A DNA stretch of 32,000 bases from Cereibacter sphaeroides 2.4.1 (GTDB lineage: Bacteria > Pseudomonadota > Alphaproteobacteria > Rhodobacterales > Rhodobacteraceae), in contig NC_007490.2 in the NCBI RefSeq assembly GCF_000012905.2, positions 68,828 through 100,827 on the forward strand. Direction: 5' to 3'. The translations under genes and the position numbers were made by a program. The notes beneath the pieces were generated by a model, which worked only from the letters and a program-made list of their open reading frames with translations, had not been told where the DNA came from and ran no database searches. Of this stretch, positions 31,547-32,000 are shown in pieces. Position 1 is the first letter of the stretch, and every line of letters begins with the position of its first letter.

Positions 31547-32000
31547 CTCTTCCTGTCGGGACATATGGTAGGATCGGCGGCATGGGATGGGTGCTGATGA
31601 TGTCGAGCGCGAACTGAACCGCATCGTAGATCCTGTCGAAGGTGCTCGATCGGAGGATGACGACGACGGAAGCCTCGGTTCTGTCTGGCGATCGGCCCGC
31701 GTCAGGTGCAGTCTTCTGTTGTCGTCGGTTGCGCGAGGTTCGGCTCGGCGGCATCGCGGCACGTGGTTGCGCGGGCGACCGTCGAACCATCCGCCTCTCG
31801 CCGGGATTTCGGGATCCTTGTCGTCTGGCCCTCGTGCGGGAGACCTACGTCGATTTCGGCCCCACGTTCTCGTCCGAGAAGTCTGGCTCGAGCGCGTTCG
31901 GCCTGTCATGTGTCTCTGGGATGATCTTCTGCGTGAATGTGTACTGTTGCGATGGACTGGGCTCTGTCTGTCGCGTAATACAGTCGCCGATGGGTATCGA

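Noticed and set aside
31463-31924. Track ORFs 31463..31909(-), 31482..31790(-) and 31706..31924(+).
   Set aside because: The products are Arg/Ser/Pro-rich low-complexity sequences in mutually overlapping frames, with no SD sequences. The region looks non-coding or degraded.
31843-32000. A minus-strand frame open from the right window edge to a stop at 31843-31845 (...IPIGDCITRQTEPSPSQQYTFTQKIIPETHDRPNALEPDFSDENVGPKST).
   Set aside because: Only ~52 codons are visible, GC3 is moderate and I recognise no motif. I cannot distinguish a real C-terminus from a chance ORF. The flanking sequence is needed.

Overview
This window is a high-GC segment of a conjugative element with strongly G/C-biased third codon positions. 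I found no rRNA, tRNA or CRISPR array by eye. All family names rest on motif recognition and gene order only, because no database search was possible.

- **1-16.4 kb, transfer block:** a tightly packed, translationally coupled F-type (MPF_F) mating-pair-formation block: traK(partial)-traB-traV-traC-orf-trbI-like-trhF(S26 peptidase)-traW-traU-trbC-traN-trbB-like thioredoxin-traF-orf-traH-traG. The order resembles SXT/R391/IncH-type systems.
- **traG anomalies:** traG ends in a fused SleB-type cell-wall hydrolase domain. Its codon usage breaks abruptly at about 14.78 kb.
- **14.8-23 kb, lower-GC3 cargo:** the traG 3' part, a convergent small membrane protein, a GNAT acetyltransferase, a small secreted protein and a 1544-aa RTX calcium-binding protein.
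- **23-24.4 kb:** a BrnT/BrnA toxin-antitoxin pair with a palindromic operator, then decayed DNA holding the frameshifted 3' remnant of an outer-membrane beta-barrel gene.
- **24.4-29.7 kb, defence island:** a coupled operon (sigma-70/ECF-like protein, 142-aa helical protein, ImmA/IrrE metallopeptidase) lies divergent from a 92-aa gene plus CD-NTase, E2-only protein and HNH-SAVED (Cap5-type) effector. The last three form a type II-short CBASS. An AT-rich promoter with a duplicated palindrome sits just upstream of the cyclase. The sigma-plus-protease regulatory arrangement is the most novel-looking part of the window.
- **29.7-31.4 kb:** a convergent minus-strand operon (lipoprotein, TM-anchored DUF2726-like protein, three small ORFs).
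- **Right end:** an AT-rich tract and two iteron-like 18-bp direct repeats.
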